Source of the DNA: Salpingoeca rosetta
Taxonomy: Eukaryota > Protista > Choanoflagellata
DNA length: 64,000 nucleotides
Assembly (NCBI GenBank): GCA_033442325.1
Contig: JAWQFM010000007.1
Coordinates: 1,334,351 to 1,398,350 of the forward strand
Reading direction: 5' to 3'
A model generated the notes under the pieces. It did not search any database. It had not been told where the DNA came from and saw nothing but the letters and a program-made list of their open reading frames with translations. Below are positions 1 through 12,199 of the stretch, one piece after another (the stretch's first letter is position 1; the number at the start of each line of letters is the position of its first letter). The position numbers were made by a program, and so were the translations under genes.

Positions 1-121
1 CCTAGCCACGTGCTGCTGCTTTGTTGTGTGGTGTGTGTGTGTGTGTACTGTTTGCCATCTTGCTCACCACGTGCTTCACCAATTGCTGCCGTTGCCGTGA
101 TGGCTCGTGTGGCCGCTGCAG

Positions 122-250
122 ACGTGATCGCATCACCATCACCCACGACACCGAGGTATGTCCAAAGGAGCTGGCCTTGAGAAGCCCATGGTCTGCATGT
201 GTCTTGGACACCCAGCGCTGTCCTCGTAACCATGTCACATGTTGAGTGTT

Positions 251-302
<52 letters not shown>

Positions 303-840
303 ACAATCCATACAATCTTCGAAGTGGGAGACGGTGCGACAGGCTCTGGGACATGTGCTGACCAAGGAAGTGGTGTACAACCAGCCACTCACGCCCAACT
401 CATCAAATCCTTTCGGGCCAACGACACTTTGGGGGATCGAAGGCGCAATATTCGAGGTGCGTTTGCACACGGCTTCTTGCTTTGCTTGCAACACATGAGC
501 TGCGGTTTCACGGCAATGTGGCATCTATTTCACTTCATGCGTGTTGTGTTACATGACTGTTGCACCATCACACGATACAACTCAGCGCCATGCCACCTCA
601 CAGCTCCTCTTCCCCTCCTCCTGTTCCCCACAGGTGATTCAAACGGGCCACATTGCTACCATCACTCTCTTCTGCCCCGACTTGCCTTGCTACCATCACT
701 CTCTTCTGCCCCGACTTGCCCTGCTCCACACCTGTGTCTTGACATTGTTACTTTGTTCGTGTGTCTGCGTGTCTGTGAGTATGTTCACGTGTTGGTTTTG
801 CATGCGGTGTCATGCCTTCTTGATCGACCCTCTTGCGTAA
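122..840 (+). CDS. PHAF1: 3' exons of PHAF1/C16orf70 (UPF0183) homologue; gene starts upstream of the window
   Basis: GT-AG exons 122-155, 325-456 and 634-840 join as RDRITITHDTE|WETVRQALGHVLTKEVVYNQPLTPNSSNPFGPTTLWGIEGAIFE|VIQTGHIATITLF. This matches the UPF0183 C-terminal signature (NPFGST..G...IFEVM.N.HIASVTL). Confidence 0.8.
653..720 (+). repeat. Perfect 34-bp tandem duplication in the last PHAF1 exon
   Basis: TTGCTACCATCACTCTCTTCTGCCCCGACTTGCC at 653-686 and 687-720. Confidence 0.95.
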
Positions 841-1377
841 GGAGACGGCTGTGACGCTGCTCTCATACGTGACGTCACATGTGGGCGTGCTGTGTGAACT
901 TGTACCCTTCAATAAACGACTACAAGTCCTGGTGCACGTTCGCTCAACGACAAACCCCGTGTGACCATATGCTGTGGGATCGATGTAATGTAACATAACA
1001 CAACCCGCACACAAACACAAGCCAGGCTCATGTCAATGTGTTCTCCAGCAACCCTTCGTGATGGCGATCACACCAAGTTCACGTTCCCCACCACTGCCGT
1101 CGCATCAACAACTCGCAACAGACGTGAACCGCTCCTCATGACGTCATCAGTGCAACAATCTTTTTGACCTTGCCATGATGTGACGTGAACTCGCACATTT
1201 GAGCGTTCAAGACGAAAACAAAGGCGAGATTGCAAAGGGAAACAACACACGCCTGACGTGAACTGGTACTCGTGTCTTGTGTCGCCTTCTTTTCGAGCTG
1301 CTGCCTCGCATCTCATGTTGGAACTGATGCATTTTCTTATCGCCCTTGCACCACTCCATTATCAAGCCATCGTGACC

Positions 1378-2880
1378 ATGACGCCAGCTCCCACAGGCTC
1401 GCATCAACGCACCGTGTACATTGCGCACAACAAGGTGGAGACAGGCCCAGAGGCACTCGCATTGCAGCACCAGCTATGTACCTTATTCAATCACAAGGTG
1501 ATCGCCAGTCCCGCACGACGAAACGATCCGGAGGCGGCCACGGCAGCGTGCGCGGGCATTCAGGCTGCAGATGTGATTGTGCTGCTCGGATCGAAGCTCT
1601 TGGGCCAGCGAACCTCCGACATCTTCAGCAGTCACGACGAGCTGCGCTACATTCTGCAAGCCAGCATACCGATCGTGCTCGTGCACATGTGCCACCGCTT
1701 CAAGTACCGCACCAGCCAACACGTTCTCTCCATCTCTCGCTCGCACTCGTGCGCCTGGCTGCCGCACACTCTATCGGCGTCGCTGGACGCTCGGAAAACG
1801 CCGCCACAACAGGTCCTGCATACCATCAAGTCGGCGCTCACAAGAAGAAGAGCAGTCAGTACCCGTGGCATCCTCCCTCTCCCTCCCAGGGTTCCTACGC
1901 CGCAACAACAGGAAACCCTCACCGCCTTCTCCACGACGACCACACTGTCAACATTGTACGAAGATGCCGAGACCAGCAGCGTGGACACCGGCGACGACGG
2001 CGAAAGGGGCATTGCAAAGCCTTGCACGGGTGAGGTGGACAGCGACTCGCAGGCCTGCGTCCATCGCCTCCTGAGTGATATCCAAAAGCACATGTCTCGG
2101 CCAGAAGAAGCGACGGCCGCGCTAGCCGCCCTTGTTGCCTGCAGCATCGAGAGCCCCACCAGCATTGTGCGCTGTGTTGCGCGGGATCAACTTGCCGTGA
2201 ACACCGTTCTTGGTGCCATGCGTGCCCATCCGCGCGTTCGCGAGTTGCAGCGGCTCGGCTGCCGCATCCTCGACTCTGTCGTATCGTTTCTCTTCACCGC
2301 ACGCAAGCAGCGCCAACATCATCAGCAGCGGCAGCTGGACACCGACACCCACGATGTGCGCCGCCTGCTGCGGGAACGCGCCTCTGAGCCTGTGCTCGCG
2401 GCAATGTGGCACCACCAAGGAGACGAGGCCATCCAAGCTTACGGCTGCGGGGTCCTCCGACGGCTCGTCCGAGACCCTGACGTGCAACACGGGCCATTGC
2501 TGCGCGTCGGCATGCTCGCCGCCGTCGCCACCGCCATGCATACGCATACGCGTGTGTCTTACATCCAGCGAGCAGCCTGCAAGGTCCTGACCAAGCTTAC
2601 ACTGACCAGCGACAAGGGCGACGCGCTCGTGCGCGAGATTGTTGACCTTGGCATTCTGGAAGCCTTGGCTGAGGCGCTGCAGTGCCACCCGACGGACGCC
2701 GCCGTCGTGCGGGCCGCATGTCAGTTCTCTCAAGTGCTGCTGCAGGCCCTCTGTACGCCCTCAGACAGGACAGTTCTGCCGGACGTGAGCGATGCGTCCA
2801 AACTCGTACAAGCAGCTGCAAGGTTGGCTTTGGTTGTTGACCTCTGCGACGCAGACGCGCTTAAGCTCCCGACAGCCTGA
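1378..2880 (+). CDS. Intronless protein with N-terminal TIR-like domain and C-terminal armadillo-type repeats
   Basis: TIR-like pattern VYIAH..ETGPEALALQHQL...IQAADVIVLLGSKLLG...SHDELRYILQASIPIVLVHM (~1410-1835). Four ARM-like units follow (VLGAMRAHPRVRELQRLGCRIL; VLAAMWHHQGDEAIQAYGCGVL; VATAMHTH..VSYIQRAACKVL; LAEALQCHPTDAAVVRAAC). ATG at 1378 chosen as start. Confidence 0.75.
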   Translation: MTPAPTGSHQRTVYIAHNKVETGPEALALQHQLCTLFNHKVIASPARRNDPEAATAACAGIQAADVIVLLGSKLLGQRTSDIFSSHDELRYILQASIPIVLVHMCHRFKYRTSQHVLSISRSHSCAWLPHTLSASLDARKTPPQQVLHTIKSALTRRRAVSTRGILPLPPRVPTPQQQETLTAFSTTTTLSTLYEDAETSSVDTGDDGERGIAKPCTGEVDSDSQACVHRLLSDIQKHMSRPEEATAALAALVACSIESPTSIVRCVARDQLAVNTVLGAMRAHPRVRELQRLGCRILDSVVSFLFTARKQRQHHQQRQLDTDTHDVRRLLRERASEPVLAAMWHHQGDEAIQAYGCGVLRRLVRDPDVQHGPLLRVGMLAAVATAMHTHTRVSYIQRAACKVLTKLTLTSDKGDALVREIVDLGILEALAEALQCHPTDAAVVRAACQFSQVLLQALCTPSDRTVLPDVSDASKLVQAAARLALVVDLCDADALKLPTA

Positions 2881-4133
2881 TGGCAGCGGCAGCAGAGTTG
2901 ACCTCGCTCGTCCAGCCGGAACGCCCGCCACGTGTGTTCATTGCACGAATGGCAATGTTGTGTCTTTGAGTGCTTTTGAGTGCTCCACAGACGAGCACAG
3001 GAGCACGTATGTGAGACTGCTTCCGCGTCCTTTCTGTTGTTTTGCCCCTTCCTTCTCTGCGACAGCCGGCTGTCAGCCACGTTATGTAACATTTTACTCC
3101 TTCACGCCACGCAATGTGTCCTCGTCTAATTGATCAAACCCCCCTTCACGCTTCCATGCGTAAACGAATAAATGCACCCGGTCCTGAACAGCAAGAGAGC
3201 AAGTGCACAAGCGAACAAGTGCACAAGCGAACAAGCAAGCAAGCGAGCACCACATGCAGCGACACCTCAGCCCAACGCCCCACCACCACCACCTCTTGTT
3301 CGTCCCAACATCATAAAATCTCATCACACCAACAGACAGTCTGTTCGTACAACCCGTGGTTGCTGTTTTTTGCTCCTTAATCACATCGAACCCGCCTCTT
3401 GTTCATCATAATTTCACACCTCTTATTCACCCACACATCAACAGCAACCGAGCACGCCATGCAAGTGTTATTGCAAGAGGCACCAGCCTAGATACTATCA
3501 TTGTATGGCAACGTCACACGTCAGCAACAGTGATATGGGTGAAGAGAACAGGGGAACATGAGAACATGAGAACAAACAACCCACCCTCATACCCTGTCAG
3601 CCTACTGTCATTACTGATTGGTGGACATTACACGCACACACATAGACACACACACACACACATAGACACACCCACACACCAGAATTCGGCGCACCACTTC
3701 AACGCCTCGTATCACGCCACACAGCATTCATCACATCACTGTGATCACCAACTCATGCGATGGCGTTGCCCGTGTGGCCATGTACACGCGCTCACACACG
3801 AACAGACCTACATGTGAGGCAACTGATTGCATGTCTTCCAGACAAGCAGTTCGAGATGAGAACAGAGGCAGAAAGGCGCAACAACACACTGTGCACGGAC
3901 ACACCGGTGATCACCTGCTCGTCGACGATCTTCTTCATCGCGATGGCCTGCTGCGTCGACGTTCCTCATTCTCTATCACTCTTTGCCATCCTCCTGTCTA
4001 CAACAGCGATCAAGCCCGCTGCAACAGCACTGATCAATACCTGTAGCACCACGAGCACGACCGCCACAGCCACTCAATTGCAAACAAAACCACCCAACAC
4101 CGAGATCCGCTCTGCACCCTCGCACAGAGCACA

Positions 4134-6378
4134 ATGAGCTCAAGCGCAGCAAGGGATGGCGCAGACAGCGTTGATGGCAGCAGTGGTGATGTGCCACACT
4201 CAGGTGTTTTGGCACTCAGCGGTGACCCAGGCAACGAGGACGTCAGCAAGGACGCGTGGGGCGAGTACATTGAGACTGTTGACATGAGCGAAGTACATCT
4301 TTGCCTCACAAGCTCAGACGAGGTCAATGGATACGTCGAGGTGCTGGAAGAAGAAGACCAGTTGGTTGTGGCTGAACTCTTCCCGCACACGCATCTTGGT
4401 TGCGAAGGCAACGGTGACAACGACCGCGAAGATGAAGACACGCCGAGCAAACAACGGCACCAGCGGTCCCCATCACCACCTCCTGCATACGCACCAGCTT
4501 GTGCATGCATCGAGCCACAGCACAACCCCGCCGCTGGCGCATGTACGGACCTTGAAGCTGGGGATCCAACATACACGTCGTTTCCAACTGGATTTGCCAG
4601 GACACAGCTCCCCGATGACACCAGGCTGCCGGCGGGGAAGGGGTGTGTGAGCGCTACCAACAGTTCTACAGCGTTGCTGGCTGGGTCGCATGAATCCCAT
4701 TATGTCCACCACAGCCACAGCCACAGCCACAGCCACAGCCACAGCCACAGCCACAGCCACAGCCACAGCCACAGCCACCTCCATCACCACCACCACCATC
4801 TTCAGGACGGGCAGCGGCAGGGAAGCCATGGCCGCCACCAGCGTGCACGTCACCACTGGTATATTTCGCGGAAGGTGTGCGCGTTGGCGACGGTCATTGT
4901 GGCAGGGTTCGCAATTGGCGTCACCGCTTCGCTCTTGCTGACGGGTGGTGGTGGTGGGCAGGGTGAGCGTGCGGCCTTCTCCACCAACACCCACGGGCAC
5001 AGTCAACTTTCCACGGACTCGAACGGTGAGCTTGTGAGCTGTGAGCTGTGAGCTGTGGGTTGTGAGATGTGGGTTGTGAGCTTTGAGCGATGTGGTTTGT
5101 TTGCTTTGGCCTTGTGGAAGATGCCATCGAAACGGCCGATCATTGCACTTGCTCACTCACACTGTCATTCTGTGTCGTTGCATGTGTGCCTGAATGCATG
5201 CGTGACTGATCACAGATACGACGGTTGCTTGGTCTAGTTCTGCTGGAACAACCACAGGGAGTCCGACACCAACGAGAGGAGGGGCACCGACAATACCCAC
5301 AACCACGACAGCATCGACCACAACGACGACCACAACCACAACTACCACCACAACGACCACCACCACCACTGCGACAACTACAACCACAACGACAACTACA
5401 ACAACAACGACGACAACTACAACAACAACCACAACCACAACCACAACAGCAACGACCACGGCAAGGTCAATGCCCTGGCAAGGCTCTGAGCTCTTCAATG
5501 CCTCGACCAACGCCCTCTGCAAGTGTGATGCCAAGGATGGAGTCATTGAGTGCGCATGCTTCCTTGATGATGGCGCGCTCACGACAGCTCGCTTCCCAAC
5601 TCGCCTCCACGGCAAGAGCCGAGTCCTGCTCGACCCTCTGCATCTGTTTGCTGCAGTGACGCTAGACGAGGACGGTTCCACATTCCTGTGGTCACTCCGT
5701 GACAGCACTGTCCTATGTCAGCTGCCCGTTGCGAGCACACGGCTTCTGTCGCTGCAAGGGGAGCTGCTGTTTGGGCTTGAAGTACAGGTGTCAGGGTCGT
5801 CTGAGTGGGTTGTGGTGGATGGCAGCTCGTGCGGTGTGCGGCCAGCATCGCAACGCGGCGTCAGTGTTGGTGATCACGAAGTCATACTGGAACTCGACGC
5901 AGCAGTTACCAGCATCATGTACAGGGTACCAAAAAGCAGGGGCACGCGGCTGATGCTCACGGTCGACGCAATGATGCGCCACCACGCGTTCTTGCGTGTG
6001 AGCTCGGGTGACACGTTCCTTGTCCTCGCAACAGAGGCTGGCGCTCCCTCTGCGGCAACAGCAACAGCAACAGCAACACCAACACCAACACCAACGGCAG
6101 GAGAAACAGGAGCAACAGGAGCAACAGCAACAGTCGGAGACACAGGAGCAACAGCAAATACAGCGGCGACGACAATTCAGCTTGTGTGGGTGAACGTGAC
6201 GGACGCAACAGCGGCAGTGATGACGGCGCAATCTCAGCAAGTCACTGTTTCAACTACAGCATCCAAGCTCGTATGTTGGTCACCTGTGAGTGAATGTTGG
6301 ATGCTGTCGAACGAAGACACGTTTGTCTTCAGACCCGATGGCACTCTTCACCCTGAGACCCACACACGAAGAAAGTGA
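4134..6378 (+). CDS. Type II single-pass membrane protein: acidic N-terminus, (HS)n/poly-His, TM, Thr-rich stalk, C-terminal beta-rich domain; function unknown
   Basis: Exon 1 4134-5025 (G|GTGAG) joins exon 2 5216-6378 (CACAG|AT) in frame, both phase 1. TM is VCALATVIVAGFAIGVTASLLL; poly-Thr at 5290-5460. Confidence 0.65.
4708..4800 (+). repeat. Coding (CACAGC)n hexamer repeat, giving (His-Ser)~12 plus poly-His
   Basis: Direct reading of the sequence. Confidence 0.9.
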
Positions 6379-6753
6379 TAAAAGTGATATTTGCGTGTTG
6401 TTGGCGCGGGGGGGGGGGGGGCTGAGACGATGCGCATGCGAGCAGGCGACCAATCAAGACAGTGCAAGGGTGCCTGGTTCTTGATGGGGCTTCTACACAC
6501 GCATGCTTGTCGTTCATTTGGTATCGTGTATTTAGTTGACAGCTGCGAGGAAGGTGATCCCATGTCACATAAACAAGCTGATTCCGAAGAGAGGCTCCAA
6601 CTCGCCAAACAAAGTTGGGACACGTGAAACGTCGGCATGCAGAGCGGAGAAGTGGAGGAAAGACACGCCGGATCCAGTCACAGAGAGGCAGGGACATAGG
6701 GACAGAGCGTGCTAGAAGGACCAAAGGGAGAGAAAAAGAGACAAAATGTAAAT

Positions 6754-6803
<50 letters not shown>

Positions 6804-6828
6804 ACGCAGTATAGTCACGGCACATCCC

Positions 6829-7524
6829 CTAGGCGGCCGTGAGAGTGCTGTTCACTTGGTCCAAGACGTGGCGCGTGTGCTGCGAGAGTGGCTTTGAGAA
6901 ACACGCAGCCGCCTGCTGAACGTTGCTGACGAGGGTGGCGTGGTACTCAGAAGCGCCGTTGCTTTCAAGTCGGCTGTCGTGTGACGCCGCCTGCACGATG
7001 CCAGAGAGGAGATGGCAAAACGCCGGCTCAAGGCAATCCTCGCGGGCAACGCGGCTGATGGGCGCAAACAGGCGCAACAAACGCTACAGCAGAGCAAGCA
7101 CAGGAGGGGGCACGGGTGTGAACACATGCAGAAAGATGACCTGAAGGCAGAAAGATATCAACAACGCTTCGAAAACCAAACTGCACACCCATCATGTGCA
7201 ATTTCTCTCACAACCACACACGAGCAAGCAGATAGGCGCGTACTGTGTAATAAGAAGCGTAATCTGCGGCCTGAACAAGCCCGACAGCAAGCTGAATCCA
7301 CGCCACAATGCCATATCTACAACAGGACAATGTTGAGGATGAATGAGGATCAACAAGCACAGGCGATGTGAGTTGCAGCAGTTAACCAAACAGGATGGCA
7401 TCATCGTGACCATCAAGACGATGACTCAGAGAACGTTAGGCCCCCATACGCTCACACATACGCTCACACAGACAGACAGAGAGACACTCACACACTCACA
7501 CACGTAACACACATACACAGACAC

Positions 7525-7597
<73 letters not shown>

Positions 7598-8795
7598 CTC
7601 TCTTGCACGCACCTGTTGAGCATGGAGGCGCCCGTATCCACCTGAGCAACCGCTGCCAGGAAGTCCAACACAGCAAGACGGGCAACGTGGTCGGACATCG
7701 GGGAGAGGTAGAAGGACATGGCGAGATCCACGGCGTGGCGGCGGCTGCACACGGACAAATGAGCAAACGAACAAGGCCAAAGCAAGTGAACACACGTACA
7801 GGAGAAGTCAAATGGGTCAAAGCACGACGGAACACACACACACACATGTGCGGCAAAACCGAGGGGTCATTTCGCCTACCCAACACCTCGCACACACAAG
7901 CCTTACAAGCATGTATGGCACAACAAACCACATACTTGAGCAAGGCCAGGTCGAGAGGGTTGCGGCAGCCTTGTGCCAGCAGTCGGAGCATCCTAGTGGT
8001 GTCATTGCATGTGTGCCCGCTCGCGTTAAATCACACAGCACAGGAATAAAACAAGAAACAACACGCACATAAGTGCGGGTGCAGGCCGAAGAACACAACC
8101 AAGCAGTACAGGCACACGCTTAAACGCTTGCACACATGCAGACAAGACGCGTGCATCTCCACTCAAACAAAACGCGCACCAGATGCGCTCCTTGCGATGT
8201 GTGAGGCTGGAGGAGTTGAACAGCGACAGAAACAGCGGCAAATCCTTCAAGTCCAGCGTGGGGCGTGATGCCACAAACTGATGGGTGTGTATGTGTGTGT
8301 GGGGGGGGGGGCGCGTGAATGTTCACGTTCGTGCGAGTGCAGTTTGGGCGTGCATGTGTGTGCATGTGTGTGCATGTGTGTGCATGTGTGCATGTGCGTG
8401 TAATGGGCCTGACGAGCGCGTTGCGGTTGCCGATGTCTATGTCGGTGTCATGAACATTGACAACGAGTAGCGGGACACCCCTGTCGAGAAGAATCAGTCA
8501 GTACCTTCATGGTGATGGTGAACATGGGGAGGTCGGTGGCATGGAGGGAGAGCTGACAGCACTCGGCAGCAAATGCGCCAATGATTCCTGGAAGCAGCTG
8601 TCCGGGCTCCGTGATACTGTCGCGGAAAAGGGCAACCGTCGTTTGTAACTGCAGACGTGGCATGACACAGGAACAAGCAGCAGAAGAATGTGGCATTAAC
8701 GGCAAAGTTGAGTGAGCAGAAAAACATATCAATCAACACAAAGGGGATTGTAGATGCACAGTCACATACATAGACAGACAACGCCAGCCAGACAG

Positions 8796-8831
<36 letters not shown>

Positions 8832-10030
8832 CCAGACAGGTACTCACACCCAACCCTTCTCATGGTTCAAGCATGCAGCAGCTGCACACCTGACGAAGCT
8901 CCTTCCTGCGGGTTTTGGCAACGGCAGCGGCAAATGCGGCGAGCGTGGCCGATCCGAGCAGACGAATGCGGCGGGAGGGGGAGCTGAGCGCTGCAAAGCA
9001 GAAGCGCGCACACTGCTTCTCCACAAACTCAATGAGCGACTCCTCACCACCGTATGTGACGATGGAGCGAAGAAGTGGCAGCATGTACATTGGGTCGTAC
9101 ACCGTGGACACATCCACTGCACTGCCGCTGATGGCTGACGGTGGTGTGGGAGGCTCACTGCTTCCGTCAGACCGCGCTACGTCGGGCAGCACGTGCATGT
9201 GCTTTGCCGTGTAGCTGAGGCGCGTTGCATCCAGCCGTGCGAGGCCCTCCACAGCCATGGGGTCCTTGGTCACCGTTGACAGCTTTCCCTACAGCAAGAC
9301 GAGAATTACCAGTCATGATGTAGCGTGCGTGCGTGCATGTGCGTGTAAGTATGAGCGCGTGTGATAGAGTGTGATAGATGGTGCGTGTGGTAGAGTGGCA
9401 CATGGATGGGCGAGAGACAATGTGCATGTACATGCGTTGTGTGCGTGTGTGCATGTGTTATTGAGCGAGCGCGTGTGTTTGTCTGATGCACAGGCACACG
9501 GCAAGCGTATCTGCAAGGGCAAACCACAGAGAAGGCAATGCACACCCAATGTATACCCACCAGGTATGTTCTGCGCACGGATGACGTGCCCGGGCCCGTG
9601 ATGAGCAGCATGCGAGACAGCTTCAGCCCCTCGCTCTCCGCAAACAGCAGCAACTAATGCACGACAAAAATGCGCGCAGTAGGGGTATCACAGGGTGAGG
9701 GCGCGACGTTGGGTTGACGAAACACTGAAGCACGCATGGAGTTATACAAAGATGGGCACACTGCATGTTGATTGAGCCTGGGACCTCGCAATGAAAATTC
9801 ACACCACACACATTCATACACACATACACACACAACACAGCAGGTACCTTGAGACAGATGGTGTCCGCTGTGGACAGGCTTCCTGTGTATGCGTCGAGAA
9901 CAAGGTGCCCAATGTCACCGGCCATCAACTGCAAGATTGGGGAGGACGAGCGCAAACAAAGGTACAATTCCCATATCACACAGGGTGAGCGATGCAGCTT
10001 GAATTGGAAAATCCAAACATAACATATCAA

Positions 10031-10067
<37 letters not shown>

Positions 10068-10069
10068 TG

Positions 10070-10109
<40 letters not shown>

Positions 10110-12141
10110 AGCAACCCCCCCCAAAACCAATGCACACCTGTGGCTGTCGTTCAATGACTTCACGCACAAAGAGCAGGCACTCTATCTTCGCACGAGCCAG
10201 CCGCTGCGGCGACATGGACGTGAGTGTTGACTCCTGTGCACCAAGCAGGGCAGTGAGCACACGGCGGAAGGACGAGCTGCGAAGGAACAGCGCTGCCGTT
10301 CGCGGGGGATCCAAGATGATGTTGCAGCCACTCGCCACCTCAACGTCATTGCCCAGTGCCAGGACAAGCCGGCACGCGCGTGCGAGATCGGGCTCAAAGT
10401 CGTAGAGCACATCGCCAAACACCGTCTGGAGAAACGCGTTGACGGCCTCGAGGAACGACGCAGCCGCCTTGCGCTTGTTGATCACGGTGCGCAGCGCAGT
10501 GTCGGATGGGGGCGCATCAAGCAGAAGCGCAATGGACTGCGTGGCCAGCGCCGTGGCGAGGGGACACGGGAAGGACTGTGACACGAGCTCAAGCGAGAGG
10601 TCGATGGATCTGATGCCCTCAGTGGCGCATCCGAGCAGGCGCCCCAGCGTCGACAGCAGCGCCACTGCATGACGAACAACGCATATGCATGGGTACGGTG
10701 GGTTGAACAGTCGCGTGTGTGCAGGAGTGAGTGAGGACATGAGCAAGCGTGCGTGCTCGTTTGGATTGAAGAGCATCAACCAGGACAAAGTGTTGGATGA
10801 GCGCGTCATCCACGAAGGAATGCATGCCGACGAAGACAAGAGCAAAAGGACAAGAGCAAGAATAAGAACAAGAACAAGAACAAGAACAAGAACAAGAACA
10901 AGGACAAGAGCAAGAACAACACGACTTACCGGTGGAGGCACTGTTGTCACCGCCATCAGCGCCAGCGATAAAATGGCGAAGAAGAAGCGAGAACACGCGC
11001 TGCTGTGGTGGAACAGAGCTGGGTGGTTTTGGCGGCAGGTCATGAGGACCAGCCCCGTTGCGAGTGCCGGCGACAGAGAGGGCAACCACGACCTCGGCCC
11101 ACGTCAGCTCGCTCGCATCGTCATGAATAAGCGCAGCAACCTTGGCGCCAATGGCTGCAGCAACCGGCGCGCTGGCGTCTGGGATGGGTGTTGCCCGCGC
11201 CTCTCTCACAGCGTCCAGCCACCACCATAGCCCGTCGTCGTGCTCGCGGTCAAACACGCGCGTGGACAGCACATTCACATCTGTGACGGCTGCCAAGTTC
11301 ATTTCTCGCAGAATGCTCTCCGCCACCAAACACCGCGACAGCGGAGCGTCCAGCACAGATGGCAGAGCCCTGTACATGCGCAAGCATGTGTGTGTGTCAT
11401 GTATGTATGTGCGTGTGTGGTTGTGTTTGTTGTTGTATTCGTGGAGTGTTGGGGATTGGTGACGTGTGTGTGTATGTGCGTGCGTGCGTGGGTGCGTGCG
11501 TGTGTGTGTGAGTGAGTGAGTGAGAGAGAGTGTGTGCATGTGTCATGTGTGTGTGTGTGTGCCAGTGGGGCGGGAAAGTGTCCAAGTGGTAGCGGGCATT
11601 TGGTTTGGGGGATACGATTTGGGTGTGGGTTGTGGTCGAGTCACCAACCTTGCCGCGGCCACAATTTCGGTACTGTTGTCTGGCGTTGTGTCGATGGCTT
11701 GGCGCAGCACAATAATGCGCGGCTCAGAGGCGTCGGCAATGTACGCGCGTAGCAGCGAGGCGGACAGGCGGCTGACGGCGGCCACTGTACACGTTGCATG
11801 CAGGCACGCATAGCGGGCAGGAGAGGACTGTTAGTATTCGGGACGAACAACGAAACAGCCGCAATAGCCGCAGCAGCAACACATTGTGGTGCCTGTAGCC
11901 TGTGAGTGGCTGTGGTGTTCTCACCCACAGCACTCAGAACCGAAACCTGCGTTGGGTCACAAGTTGTACCTGAGCACTTGCACTTTCATTCACACAAGCA
12001 ACACACACACACCGACATACACCTACACATACACACACCGACACATACACACACCGACACATACACACACCGACACATACACACCCACCCACACCCACCC
12101 ACCCACACACACACCCACACACACACACACACACCCACACA

Positions 12142-12199
<58 letters not shown>

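Noticed and set aside
246-854. Many ORFs rich in HT/CV dipeptide runs here and throughout the window
   Set aside because: Translations of intronic (CA)n/(TG)n microsatellites, which contain no stop codons.
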